Shown in pieces: positions 1 through 9,731 of a stretch of 64,000 bases of DNA. The number at the start of each line of letters is the position of its first letter. Position 1 is the stretch's first letter. The translations under genes and the position numbers were made by a program. The notes beneath the pieces were generated by a model that was not told the origin of the DNA, did no database searches, and worked only from the letters and a program-made list of their open reading frames with translations. Source of the DNA: Paenibacillus sp. (GTDB lineage: Bacteria; Bacillota; Bacilli; Paenibacillales; Paenibacillaceae); NCBI RefSeq assembly GCF_035510375.1, contig NZ_DATKHG010000023.1; one strand, 5' to 3'.

Positions 1-1
1 G

Positions 2-760
2 CTGCAATGTCCGGTTTCCCGTACGGGAGAGGTGGCTGTATACGGGATCGGAAACGAACAGCCTAAGCAGACGGCATCCTATGAAAAGCAATGGGATCAG
101 CTTTGCGATTTGCTGACCCTTTTCGGCGAGAGCAGGTCCGCCCTTCATGGCGACCGCGCGTTTCAGCTCGTGGACCGGTTGTTGACGGCTGCCGGCGATG
201 TCAGCTGGCTGGATGTCAGGAACGGATTGTCCCGTATGCTGCTGATTATGGATAAATGGCTGCTCGAGGGCGGCTTTCCCGACTCCTTTTATGAACTGCT
301 GCCGCGTTTGAAGCGGGATCAGGAGGAGATGGATGTGGAGTCCGCCGCCTTGCATGCGGCAGACATGCTCAAGCTGCTCTTGGATGACCGCGCTCATGGC
401 AAAAATAAAAAAGGCAGGGACCTGATTCACTCGGTCAAAAAATATGCAGAGCAGCATTTGGCCACAGTCACGCTGGATGAGGTTTCGCAGCTTTATGCCA
501 TCAATAAAAATTACTTCTGTTCCTTGTTCAAGCAGGAGGCCGGACAGCCTTTTTCCGAATTTCTGGCGGAGCTGCGGATGAGGAAAGCGGCGGTCATGCT
601 GTCGCAAAGCGATCTCAGAATAGCGGAAATCGCTCAGCTCGTCGGTTACATGGATCAGCGGTACTTCAGTCAGGTATTCCGGAAATACCATGCTCTGCGG
701 CCCGGCGAATACAGGGAAACCAAGCGGCAGCCGGCGGCTGATGAGGCATCGCTGATCTGA
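2..760 (+). CDS. AraC/XylS-type HTH domain; C-terminal part of a YesN-like response regulator (5' end lies outside the window)
   Basis: Frame is open to the window edge. Has the C-terminal AraC dual-HTH signature (NKNYFCSLFKQEAG...YMDQRYFSQVFRKYHALRPGEYR). Sits directly upstream of a sugar ABC operon. Confidence 0.8.
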   Translation: MQCPVSRTGEVAVYGIGNEQPKQTASYEKQWDQLCDLLTLFGESRSALHGDRAFQLVDRLLTAAGDVSWLDVRNGLSRMLLIMDKWLLEGGFPDSFYELLPRLKRDQEEMDVESAALHAADMLKLLLDDRAHGKNKKGRDLIHSVKKYAEQHLATVTLDEVSQLYAINKNYFCSLFKQEAGQPFSEFLAELRMRKAAVMLSQSDLRIAEIAQLVGYMDQRYFSQVFRKYHALRPGEYRETKRQPAADEASLI

Positions 761-863
761 ATATCTTCAACATCATTCTGAACATTGTCTCAGTTACATC
801 CCGACTTGGGCCGGTGCTATGCTTTGCATGTAAGGACAAATCCAATTTAACGGGGTGTGGCGG

Positions 864-2225
864 ATGTTTCTGCAAAAAAGAAAGCGTTTTTCACTTGGAT
901 TGGTCATCGTCATGCTGGTTTCGCTTCTTGCCGCTTGCGGTCAAGGCAATAACGGCGGCGGGAAGGCCTCCGGCACCGCGGGCGGCAACGGTGCCGCGGC
1001 AAACGCCGGTAACGTCGGCGAAGGCGAAGACGGCGGAAAGAAGCAGACAACGCTTGAGTTTTGGTCGGTCGTCGCGCCTGGCAGCTCCGATTATGACGCC
1101 TATATGGCGGCCATTAAGCAGTTCGAGGAGCAGAACCCGGACATTAAGCTGAATATCCAAACCGTTTCCTTTGAAATTCTGCACGATAAGCTTGTCGCAG
1201 CCATTAATGCCGGCAATCCGCCGGATGTCAGCTGGGGCTTGGCGGAATGGATCGGGGAATTCAACAAGCTTGACGGTTTGGCCGATTTGACGGCGAACTT
1301 CGAGGCTTGGGACGAGAAGGACTCGATTTACCCGAATGTCATGGATGGAGTGACGGTTGACGGAAAAGTGATAGCGGTGCCGCATTATCTTGGTATTCGT
1401 GCCCTGCTGTACAATGAAGATTTGCTGAAGCAGGCGGGCATGAGCGAGCCGCCGAAAACCTGGGAGGAGCTGATCGCTTCAGGCGAGAAAATCAAACAGG
1501 CAACCGGCAAGTATGCGTTCGGTATCGCCGGCGCCGGCGTTCGTTCTCCACAGGAGTTAATTGCTTATTTGGCGCAGAACGACCTGCAGCTGGCCGTTCC
1601 GACCAGCGGCGGCAAATACAAAAATACGTGGAAGGACAACCCGGAGGAGCTTCAGCGTGCAACCGAGGTGTTCCAGTTCTACAAGGATTTGAAGGATAAA
1701 GGTGTGATCAGCCCGGACGCCAAGGCCTGGGGCTGGGAGGAAGAAGACACCAACTTCGCACAGGGCCAGTACGCCATGGTGGTAAACGGCAACTGGATGG
1801 GAACCCGTGTGGAGGAAAATCCCGAAACGATGAAAAACGTCAAAGTAACCGCTCCGCCTGCAGGCAAAAAAGCCGCGACCTTCATGGAAATCGCGCCGAT
1901 GTTCGTCTTTAAGAAATCGAAAAATCCGGAAGCGGCGTGGAAGTTCGCCCAATTCATCATGGGCAAAGATTACCAGGCCGGGTACAACGAATACCGTTCT
2001 CCGCGCAAGGACGTCTCACGGGACGACATGTGGGGAAAGGATTTCACGGATCTGGCTGAGATCGGCGTGTTTTTCCCGAACGTATCGCTGGGCGGCATTA
2101 CGCAGGCCATGATCGATTCCCTCCAGCGCGCACTGGTGAAAAACGACCCTGCCGATCAAACGGCCGAATGGCTGTCGGACCAAATCAACCAACAATTGAA
2201 ACAAAACGGAGAGTACGGCGAGTAA
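864..2225 (+). CDS. ABC transporter extracellular sugar-binding lipoprotein
   Basis: Lipoprotein signal (LVSLLAAC|GQ) followed by a G/N-rich linker. Overall family-1 solute-binding protein look. Followed by two MalF/MalG-type permeases. ATG at 864 preferred over GTG at 855. Confidence 0.85.
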   Translation: MFLQKRKRFSLGLVIVMLVSLLAACGQGNNGGGKASGTAGGNGAAANAGNVGEGEDGGKKQTTLEFWSVVAPGSSDYDAYMAAIKQFEEQNPDIKLNIQTVSFEILHDKLVAAINAGNPPDVSWGLAEWIGEFNKLDGLADLTANFEAWDEKDSIYPNVMDGVTVDGKVIAVPHYLGIRALLYNEDLLKQAGMSEPPKTWEELIASGEKIKQATGKYAFGIAGAGVRSPQELIAYLAQNDLQLAVPTSGGKYKNTWKDNPEELQRATEVFQFYKDLKDKGVISPDAKAWGWEEEDTNFAQGQYAMVVNGNWMGTRVEENPETMKNVKVTAPPAGKKAATFMEIAPMFVFKKSKNPEAAWKFAQFIMGKDYQAGYNEYRSPRKDVSRDDMWGKDFTDLAEIGVFFPNVSLGGITQAMIDSLQRALVKNDPADQTAEWLSDQINQQLKQNGEYGE

Positions 2226-2307
2226 GCAGTGTTTCCCGGGGGAGTGAGGAGTGTCCTCCTTCACCCCCCCTTTTTTTTCTTCAATCGCATGTCGAAGGAG
2301 GATTAGC

Positions 2308-3255
2308 TTGCAGAATATGGCGGTTGCTCAAGAAGTGAAGAAAAAGCCGGTCAGCCGTAAGCGTCGTTGGAGCCTGTCGCGCGGGGAGCGGATCACCGCC
2401 TATGTTTTTCTGTCGCCGGCTGTGTTCTTTCTTCTTCTCCTGATCGCATGGCCTTTGGTGCAGGTCATATGGAACAGTTTTCAATTCAGCAATCTCGTGA
2501 ATCCGGACGTGAGCGGTTTTGCCGGCTTGGATAATTTTCGCTATGTATTTGCCAATGAATATTTCAAGACCGCATTGATGAATACCGTGATCTGGACTGT
2601 CGTGTCCGTTGCCGGTGAATACGTGCTGGGCTTGATCTCCGCCCTTGCACTGAATCAGCCGGTGAGGGGAAGAGCGTTGTTTCGCGGCATTATCGTCATT
2701 CCGTGGGTCGTTCCCATCGTTGTCGCGGGCATGACATGGACTTGGCTGCTGACCCCGGACTACGGCATTTTCAATATATGGATGGTCAAACTCGGGCTCA
2801 TGGACCGGTCGTATTACTGGCTGGGCGAAATGAACACGGCGCTTCTCACCGTCACCTTCGTGAATATATGGCGCAGCTTTCCTTTCTATACGGTCAGTCT
2901 GCTTGCCGGCCTGCAATCCATACCGAGAGAGATGATGGAGGCAGCGGCTATAGACGGCGCCGGGATATGGAAACGGTTTCGTTTCATCGTGCTTCCGCAA
3001 TTGAAAACCGTGTCCCTTACGATCATCGTCCTGCATATTATCTGGACGAGCATCAATTTTGATTTTATCTGGATCATGACCCAGGGGGGACCGTTGCATT
3101 CCTCAGAAACACTGCCGGTCCTGATTTATCGCATGGCGATGAAGGAATACAATTACGGAGGGGCATCGGCGTTGTCCTCCATGATGATGGGGCTGATGAT
3201 CGTCTGCGCGTTCGTTTACTTCATGTATAACCGTATGCAAAGAAACGGGAGGTGA
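2308..3255 (+). CDS. Carbohydrate ABC transporter permease (MalF/UgpA-like)
   Basis: Multi-TM protein with an EAA-loop region (EAAAIDGAGIWKRFRFIVLPQL). GGAGG lies 6 nt before TTG 2308; ATG 2317 is an alternative start. Confidence 0.85.
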   Translation: MQNMAVAQEVKKKPVSRKRRWSLSRGERITAYVFLSPAVFFLLLLIAWPLVQVIWNSFQFSNLVNPDVSGFAGLDNFRYVFANEYFKTALMNTVIWTVVSVAGEYVLGLISALALNQPVRGRALFRGIIVIPWVVPIVVAGMTWTWLLTPDYGIFNIWMVKLGLMDRSYYWLGEMNTALLTVTFVNIWRSFPFYTVSLLAGLQSIPREMMEAAAIDGAGIWKRFRFIVLPQLKTVSLTIIVLHIIWTSINFDFIWIMTQGGPLHSSETLPVLIYRMAMKEYNYGGASALSSMMMGLMIVCAFVYFMYNRMQRNGR

Positions 3256-3261
3256 GGACGC

Positions 3262-4107
3262 ATGCTCATCGAGAAAAAATATCGGATTTGGATCAAGGTA
3301 CTGACCTACTCGGTTTTGGTTGTTTTCGGCCTGTATACTTTATTCCCGTTTTTGTGGATGGTTTCGACCTCCTTCAAACCGACTGATGAGGTCCGCAGCG
3401 CTTCACCGAGCTTTTTTACGTCGAATCCTACGGCCGAGCATTATTACAACATCCTCGCCTTGTCGAAGTTTTCTTTGTACTTTCTGAACAGTCTTAAGGT
3501 GGCGTCCATTACGACTATGCTTGCGATCCTGCTCTCCGTTTTCTCCGCGTATGCGCTCAGCAGGCTGAATCGGGTGCGGGGTGTGCGCTACGTGTCCACG
3601 GGCATGATGCTGACGCAGTTGATTCCAAGCGTGCTGCTGGTCTTGCCGCTGTATGTGTTTATGATGAAAACGCAGTTGCTGGACACCTTCTACTCGCTCA
3701 TTATCGCGTACACGACGTTTATGCTGCCGATGTGCGTAATGATGCTCAAAGGCTTTTTCGATTCCATTCCCTACGAGATGGAGGAGTCGGCGATGATTGA
3801 CGGCTGCAGCCGTCTCGGCATCGTGGTCCGCATGATTATTCCGCTGTCCCTACCCAGCATTATCGCTACTTCGTTATTTGCTTTTGTCGGTGCCTGGAAC
3901 GAATTTTTGTTCGCGTTTACGTTTATCAACAAGGATGAATTCCGAACGCTTACTCCCGGCCTGTCGCTGCTGCGCGGTCTGTTCACCACAGACTGGGGCA
4001 GCCTGATGGCGGCGTCTGTCCTCTCGGTTGTGCCGATCGCCCTGGCGTTCGCTTACTTGCAGCGCTTCTTGGTGGCGGGCCTCACGGCGGGATCCGTTAA
4101 AGGCTAG
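3262..4107 (+). CDS. Carbohydrate ABC transporter permease (MalG/UgpE-like)
   Basis: Six hydrophobic segments and an EAA loop (EESAMIDGCSRLGIVVRMIIPLSLP). GGGAGG RBS. Confidence 0.85.
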   Translation: MLIEKKYRIWIKVLTYSVLVVFGLYTLFPFLWMVSTSFKPTDEVRSASPSFFTSNPTAEHYYNILALSKFSLYFLNSLKVASITTMLAILLSVFSAYALSRLNRVRGVRYVSTGMMLTQLIPSVLLVLPLYVFMMKTQLLDTFYSLIIAYTTFMLPMCVMMLKGFFDSIPYEMEESAMIDGCSRLGIVVRMIIPLSLPSIIATSLFAFVGAWNEFLFAFTFINKDEFRTLTPGLSLLRGLFTTDWGSLMAASVLSVVPIALAFAYLQRFLVAGLTAGSVKG

Positions 4108-4157
4108 TGATTAACGCTCATTGGGATTTAGCCTGATTGAACGGCAGCCGCGAAAAA

Positions 4158-4943
4158 TCACGCTTTCTCGACCTCGATTTTCGCGGGATTGTTGATTTTG
4201 TAGGGCACGGGATGCTTCGTGAGCTTCTTGGCTACGATTTTTCCTTCAAACCTGATCGTATCCCCGGCTTCCAGCTCCAGCTTCTTGAGCGTGGCGCTGT
4301 GGCTGGACCAGGCTGTACCGATCTCGGTTTCCGGCTGTTCAATCGACACCGCTTCATAGATGACCACTTCATCCTCCGTATCGGAGAAATGGTTCGGCAC
4401 CATTGTAAATTCCTTGACGGTTGCGGTCATGCGGACTTTTTCTTCAGGCAGCTGCGGCTTCGGCGTTTTTTTGGCTTTCGCCTTGGCCGGCTCTTCTGCC
4501 GTAGGCTCTTCCGCTTCAAGCTTGGCTTCCTCTACCGGTGGAGCCGCTTCTTGCGGCGCCTCGAGCTTCACGCTTTGAGGCTCCGCGATCTGCGGCTCAA
4601 CCATCTCCGTTTGCGCATGCTCAGCCTCCGCGCTCTCCGGCTCCTCCAATCCTTCCGTCGCTGCCGCCAGCTTCTGGCCATAGTTCGCGGCTTGCATTTC
4701 CTTCAGGTACGAGGGGTGGATGCAGTGCCGCTGTTTGGTGTCGAATTCAATGACAGCGGTCATTTTATCGACATAACCGATAATGCTGCAGGTCAGATTC
4801 ATCCCGTTTCCTTTATAGGCGAACGTCTTTGTTTTGGATGCTTTCCCGGACAGTAAACCCCATGCTTTGCATTTGTCGATCTGTTCGGCCTCGCTGTCGA
4901 AGGCGATATACGCGGCCGGCTCGATGATGAACGAATGTACCAT
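4158..4943 (-). CDS. Hypothetical protein: two small globular ends joined by an E/A/P/K-rich low-complexity linker
   Basis: GGAGGGGAAG RBS immediately upstream of ATG 4943. The ORF-track extension to 5147 has no RBS and an R/P-rich sequence. The opposite-strand ORF 4137..4856 is R/L/F-rich junk. Confidence 0.6.
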   Translation of the reverse strand: MVHSFIIEPAAYIAFDSEAEQIDKCKAWGLLSGKASKTKTFAYKGNGMNLTCSIIGYVDKMTAVIEFDTKQRHCIHPSYLKEMQAANYGQKLAAATEGLEEPESAEAEHAQTEMVEPQIAEPQSVKLEAPQEAAPPVEEAKLEAEEPTAEEPAKAKAKKTPKPQLPEEKVRMTATVKEFTMVPNHFSDTEDEVVIYEAVSIEQPETEIGTAWSSHSATLKKLELEAGDTIRFEGKIVAKKLTKHPVPYKINNPAKIEVEKA

Positions 4944-5250
4944 AACTTCCCCTCCTTTCTTTTTGTCCACGAATATTCTACCATAACGCACGGCAAAAAA
5001 GCTGCTGGTGCGATTGGTCGGCAGCCTTGGTCGCGCATATGGCGGTGGAGTCGGATTACCGGGCTGTGCTGTCCGCATGGCGCGGTCGATTATCCGGTCC
5101 GGGACCGTAAGGCGGAATAGCCGCAAAATCCGACGCCTCTTCGGCATTCACCGGTTTCGACTCTGTTGCGTCAGGCGAAGAAGCGGGTTCCGTTCGGGAA
5201 CTTGGCTGTTATTAGAACATTTATTTACGCCTGGATGGCGGGAAGAGAAC

Positions 5251-5428
5251 GGGAAATCCTCCAGTTAAACGTTGATCGTCATGCATATCCGGGACATTTA
5301 GATGGAAAGCCTCCAGCTAATCGCCTCGCACATTCCCCGACCCGACCAACCTGCCAGAATTAGAGGGAGGTTTTCCCGATACCTGCAGCTACGACTAAAG
5401 TAAGGGCATGTTTACTGGAGGTTCTCCC
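5251..5428. repeat. Four copies of an 18-nt motif (GGGAAAnCCTCCAGtTAA), two direct then two inverted, nested
   Basis: Direct copies at 5251-5268 and 5303-5320. Inverted copies at 5360-5377 and 5411-5428. Outer and inner pairs could each base-pair. The region is non-coding. Confidence 0.8.
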
Positions 5429-5490
5429 GCTAAGTTTGCGCGTGGCCCATCTGTGCTCCCATATGCGACACAAAAGTGCCTATTCATAGA

Positions 5491-5524
5491 AACAGGTCGG
5501 GCGGAAATCTCCGGCCGACCTGTT
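5491..5524 (-). terminator. Strong hairpin downstream of dctA (15-bp stem with 1 mismatch, 4-nt loop); weak U-tract
   Basis: AACAGGTCGGGCGGA-aatc-TCCGGCCGACCTGTT, 30 nt after the dctA stop codon. Confidence 0.5.
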
Positions 5525-5579
5525 CGCTATACGGATGTCGCTATACGAATGTCGCTATACCGACTTCGCTATCCGTTTC
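5524..5579. repeat. Four tandem 14-nt repeats (TCGCTATACGGATG-like) spanning the dctA stop codon
   Basis: TCGCTATACGGATG / TCGCTATACGAATG / TCGCTATACCGACT / TCGCTATCCGTTTC. The last two units encode the DctA C-terminus. Confidence 0.75.
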
Positions 5580-6856
5580 GCTGCCGGGCGAATATCTTCC
5601 GCAGCTGTTGCAGCACTCGCCTCCGGCTGTCCGTTCGGATCGAACTCGTTCTCGGATTTCGCAACGATCACGGTCGCCACTCCGTTGCCGATCAGGTTTG
5701 TAATCGCACGTGCTTCCGACATGAAACGGTCCACGCCGAGCAGCAGCGCCATGCCGGCCAGAGGAATCGACGGAAATGCGGCCAGCGTTGCGGCCAAGGT
5801 GATAAATCCCGAGCCTGTGACGCCTGCAGCGCCTTTGGAGGTCAGCATCAATATGCCGAGAAGCGTAAGCTGCTGCCAGATCGATAAATCTACGCCGGAT
5901 GCCTGCGCGACGAACATGGCCGCCATCGACAGGTAGATCGCGGTACCGTCCAAATTGAACGAGTAGCCGGTCGGAATGACAAGACCGACCACTGGCTTGG
6001 AGCAGCCATACTTCTCAAGCTTCTCCATCATCCGGGGAAGGGCGGACTCGGAAGAGGACGTACCCAGCACGAGCATGATTTCCTCCTTAATGTAGGCGAT
6101 AAATTTGAATATGCTGAAGCCGTAAGCTTTGGCGATCAGTCCCAGTACGATGATGACAAACAACGCCATCGTAATATAGACGGAACCCATCAGCTTGCCC
6201 AAGGACGTGAGCGATTCAATGCCGAATTTGCCGATCGTGTACGACATCGCTCCGAATGCCGCAATCGGAGACACCTTCATAATCATGTTGACGATACCGA
6301 AAAAGGCCTGCCCGATCTTGTCGAACAAATCAACGACCGGCTTGGCTTTCTGGCCCATTGCAGTCAAGGACAGGCCGAACAGAATCGCAAAGAACAGGAT
6401 GGGCAGCAGTTCTCCGCCGGCCATTGCGGCAACGACATTCTCCGGAACGATTCCCACGATAAAACCGATGAATCCGTGACTGGTCTCAGCCGCCTTCTCC
6501 GTATATTGGGAGATGTCGCCCGTTGCGCGGCTGGCGTCGATGCCTGAGCCCGGTTTAATCAGATTGACAACAACAAGACCGATCGCCAGTGCGATCGTGG
6601 TAACGATTTCAAAGTAGAGAAGCGCCTTGCCGCCGATGCGGCCCACTTTTTTCATGTCGCCCATATTGGCGATGCCGTGCACGACCGTAAAGAATACGAT
6701 CGGTGCAATGACCATTTTGATCAGCTTGATGAACACATCGCCGAGCACCTTCAATTTTTCTCCCGTAGCCGGGAAAAAGTGGCCGAGCAGAATGCCGAGC
6801 ACGATGGCGATAATGACCTGAACCGTCAAATTTCTGAAATTGATCCGCAACTTCAT
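5555..6856 (-). CDS. dctA: Dicarboxylate/amino-acid:cation symporter (DAACS family, DctA/GltP-like C4-dicarboxylate carrier)
   Basis: 433 aa. The N-terminus and multi-TM pattern are typical of DctA ([16 protein letters not shown]..., [27 protein letters not shown]). Lies next to dctB/dctSR homologues. Confidence 0.9.
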   Translation of the reverse strand: MKLRINFRNLTVQVIIAIVLGILLGHFFPATGEKLKVLGDVFIKLIKMVIAPIVFFTVVHGIANMGDMKKVGRIGGKALLYFEIVTTIALAIGLVVVNLIKPGSGIDASRATGDISQYTEKAAETSHGFIGFIVGIVPENVVAAMAGGELLPILFFAILFGLSLTAMGQKAKPVVDLFDKIGQAFFGIVNMIMKVSPIAAFGAMSYTIGKFGIESLTSLGKLMGSVYITMALFVIIVLGLIAKAYGFSIFKFIAYIKEEIMLVLGTSSSESALPRMMEKLEKYGCSKPVVGLVIPTGYSFNLDGTAIYLSMAAMFVAQASGVDLSIWQQLTLLGILMLTSKGAAGVTGSGFITLAATLAAFPSIPLAGMALLLGVDRFMSEARAITNLIGNGVATVIVAKSENEFDPNGQPEASAATAAEDIRPAAKRIAKSV

Positions 6857-6965
6857 GGAACACAGCCTCTCTTTTCATTTTTTTGAAAACGCTTTATAAT
6901 TGTCCCAAGTGTAAAAGAGAGGCCGGTTCAAAACAAGAATAAGGTCATATTGTTCTTTTTGGTCG

Positions 6966-8000
6966 TTATGGTCGACGAATTTCCTCGATTAAGCCGGCCC
7001 CTATCGTATCCGCAAACTCCTTATATATCGGACTCAATCTCTCCATCCACTGCGCTTTATCCTCCTCCGTCAACGTGATGATGTCCAACCCGGCGCGTTC
7101 CCGCAGCGAGCGAAGACCGTTTTCTTGTGTTAAGGCCGCCTGATTGTTCCAGACCGTCGTTTCCCGCAGCGCTTGCTCGATAATCAGCTGCACATCGGCG
7201 GGCAGACCGTTCCAGAACTTCTCGTTGAAGACGACGACATATCCGAGGTAGCCGTGGTTGCTGATGGTCATATACCGTTGAAACTGATAGAGGCGTTTGC
7301 TCAGAATATTCGAGATCGTATTTTCCTGCCCGTCCACGACCCCTGCTTCCAGATTGCGGTATACCTCGTTGAACGGCGTGCTGATGGTACTCGCGCCGAG
7401 CAAATTGAACTGTCGCTCCAACACTTGGCTAGGCTGAATGCGAAATTTCAAGCCTCGGAAATCTTCCGGGGTCCGGAGCGGGCGCACATCGTTCGTCATC
7501 TGTCTGAACCCGTTGGACCAGTAGGCAACGCCTTTCATACCGTAAGGCTTCAGCGTTTCGAACAGCCGTTTGCCCAGGGTCCCCTGCAGCGCTTCATTGA
7601 CATTCTGTTGATCGCGGAACGCAAAGGGGAGGTCCATGACGAACCAGGCCGGATCGATGGCGTTCATATTCGAGAAGGAAGGGGCTATCATTTGAATATC
7701 GCCCCGCTGCAGCGCGGCAACCTCGGTATTTTCCGAGTAAAGCATCCCGTTCGGAAATACCTGGATTTCAATACGATCCTGCGACTTTTCTTTGACCAGC
7801 GCGGCAAAGCGGGCCGCCGCCAGCCCTTTGGGCGTGTTCTCCGCCACGACATGGCTGAATTTGATCACGATCCGTTCCTTCAATCCGGTCTGCTCGTCGT
7901 CATAAGGAAGCTTTTCGCCGAAAATGGGCTGAAAGCCGACGACATAAGCGACGAGCAGGCCAAGCACCAGAAAAATGCCGATTCCTGCGATAGATTTCAA
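6966..8000 (-). CDS. dctB: DctP/TRAP-type solute-binding protein, membrane-anchored; DctB-like co-sensor
   Basis: N-terminal TM anchor plus a DctP-family binding-protein body. Positioned between the dctA carrier and the DctS kinase, as with B. subtilis ydbE(dctB). TTG start with GGGGGTG RBS. Confidence 0.75.
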   Translation of the reverse strand: MKSIAGIGIFLVLGLLVAYVVGFQPIFGEKLPYDDEQTGLKERIVIKFSHVVAENTPKGLAAARFAALVKEKSQDRIEIQVFPNGMLYSENTEVAALQRGDIQMIAPSFSNMNAIDPAWFVMDLPFAFRDQQNVNEALQGTLGKRLFETLKPYGMKGVAYWSNGFRQMTNDVRPLRTPEDFRGLKFRIQPSQVLERQFNLLGASTISTPFNEVYRNLEAGVVDGQENTISNILSKRLYQFQRYMTISNHGYLGYVVVFNEKFWNGLPADVQLIIEQALRETTVWNNQAALTQENGLRSLRERAGLDIITLTEEDKAQWMERLSPIYKEFADTIGAGLIEEIRRP

Positions 8001-8087
8001 AAGCGTTCACCCCCGGTTGCTATTTTAGGCTTATTATTTCACAATGATATTCAAAGGTAAACCGCATGAAGGGAGGGAGAGGAACCG

Positions 8088-9731
8088 TTGCACCGGCTTC
8101 GAATCTACTGGAAAATCGTTCTGCTCTCGTTCGGACTCGTTCTGTTCTCCCTGCTCATCGGCGGCATCGTCCTGATCGGCAGCGTAACCCGGCTGCAGGA
8201 AAAGGAGCTCAGCCAGCGTCTGACCATCACAGCGCAAACGGTCGCCAATCTGCCGAGCGTGGTTGAAAGTATAAGCAGCAGTCCGAATCCGGCCGCGCAT
8301 ATAGCGCCGCTGGCGGACAACATCCGGATACTGAACGATGTCGCTTATATCGTCGTGCTGGATATGGACCGGAAGCGTTTGTCCCATCCGTTATCCGAGC
8401 GAATCGGGACGACGTTCGACTCGGCTGACGGCGACCCCGCATTCGCCGAGCATACATATGTCTCGAAGGTGCGCGGCGAAGCGGGCATCGGGCTGCGCTC
8501 CTATGTCCCGATCATGAACGAATCCCGCGAGCAGATCGGAGTCGTCGTGGCGGGCGGCCTGCTGCCGGGCCTGGGCGAGCTGGTCCGCGCCGAGAAACGG
8601 TCGATCGCGGTAACCTCGTTGCTGTCCCTTATTTTCGGCATATTCGGCTCGGCGCTGCTCGCCCGTCACATCAAGCGCCAGATGTTCGATCTGGAGCCGC
8701 ACGAAATCGCCAGAATGTTCCGGGAACGCACAGCGGCGTTTCAGGCGATGCATGAGGGGGTCATCGCGATCGACCGGAATGAGAACGTTACGATTATGAA
8801 CGAGCGTGCCAAACGGATTTTCGGCGTCAAACACAATGTCACCGGGCTGCCGATCCGTGAAGTCATTCCGGGCACCCGTCTGCCCGAGGTCCTGAAATCG
8901 GGAGAGGCGATCCTTGGCAAAGAGCTCAACATAGGCGGCACCGTCATATGGAGCAATCGGATTCCGATCCGCGAGAACGGCGTTCCGGTAGGAGCCATCG
9001 CCATTTTCCAGGATCGTACGGATGTTACGCGGATGGCCGAGGAGCTTACCGGCGTACGCGAGTTCGTGCATGCGCTGCGGGCGCAAAATCATGAGCATAT
9101 GAACAAAATGCATACGATCGCCGGGCTGCTGCAGCTTGGGAAACAGAAGGAGGCCTTGGATTATTTGTTCGCGATTGCCGAACGGCAGGAGGAAATCACC
9201 CGCTTTTTGCAGGGGCATTTTCACGATGATGCCGTTGCCGGACTGCTTCTCGGTAAAATAAGCCGCGGCAAGGAGCTCGACGTCGAAATCACAATCGATC
9301 CCGAAAGCCGTCTCGAGCGTTTTCCCGAGCTGCTTGACCGGCACGATTTTGTGCTGCTGCTGGGTAACCTGATTGAGAACGCGTTCGACGCATTGGCCGC
9401 ATCGGACGCCGCGTTTAAAGAGATTTATCTCAGTGTCAGACAGAACGAGAAGCTGCTCAGCCTATCGATCGAGGACAACGGCTGCGGCATGACCGAGAAA
9501 ACGAAGGCTCGCATGCTGGAATGCGGATATACGACGAAGAATGGTGAAAGCCGGGGGATGGGCTTGTATTTATTGAATGAAATCGTGATGAAAGGCAACG
9601 GCGCGTTGAAATGCCATTCTTCAATCGGCTTGGGAACGTCAATTGAGATTTTGTTCCCGATGAAAGGGGGTGGAGACGGTTATGAACAAAACAGAACGAG
9701 CGGAGCTCCGGGTGCTGCTGATCGAGGATGA
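8088..9731 (+). CDS. dctS: CitA/DcuS-family sensor histidine kinase (DctS-like)
   Basis: Two TM segments flank an extracytoplasmic domain, followed by a PAS region, an SpoOB-like H-box (LRAQNHEHMNKMHTIAGLL) and an ATPase domain (IEDNGCGM...GMGLYL). Confidence 0.85.
   Translation: MHRLRIYWKIVLLSFGLVLFSLLIGGIVLIGSVTRLQEKELSQRLTITAQTVANLPSVVESISSSPNPAAHIAPLADNIRILNDVAYIVVLDMDRKRLSHPLSERIGTTFDSADGDPAFAEHTYVSKVRGEAGIGLRSYVPIMNESREQIGVVVAGGLLPGLGELVRAEKRSIAVTSLLSLIFGIFGSALLARHIKRQMFDLEPHEIARMFRERTAAFQAMHEGVIAIDRNENVTIMNERAKRIFGVKHNVTGLPIREVIPGTRLPEVLKSGEAILGKELNIGGTVIWSNRIPIRENGVPVGAIAIFQDRTDVTRMAEELTGVREFVHALRAQNHEHMNKMHTIAGLLQLGKQKEALDYLFAIAERQEEITRFLQGHFHDDAVAGLLLGKISRGKELDVEITIDPESRLERFPELLDRHDFVLLLGNLIENAFDALAASDAAFKEIYLSVRQNEKLLSLSIEDNGCGMTEKTKARMLECGYTTKNGESRGMGLYLLNEIVMKGNGALKCHSSIGLGTSIEILFPMKGGGDGYEQNRTSGAPGAADRG

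Noticed and set aside
4137-4856. Plus-strand 239-aa ORF overlapping the 4158..4943 gene
   Set aside because: The translation is an R/L/F repeat-like string (…RLRRFFGFRLGRLFCRRLFRF…). The minus strand has an RBS and a plausible domain-linker-domain protein.
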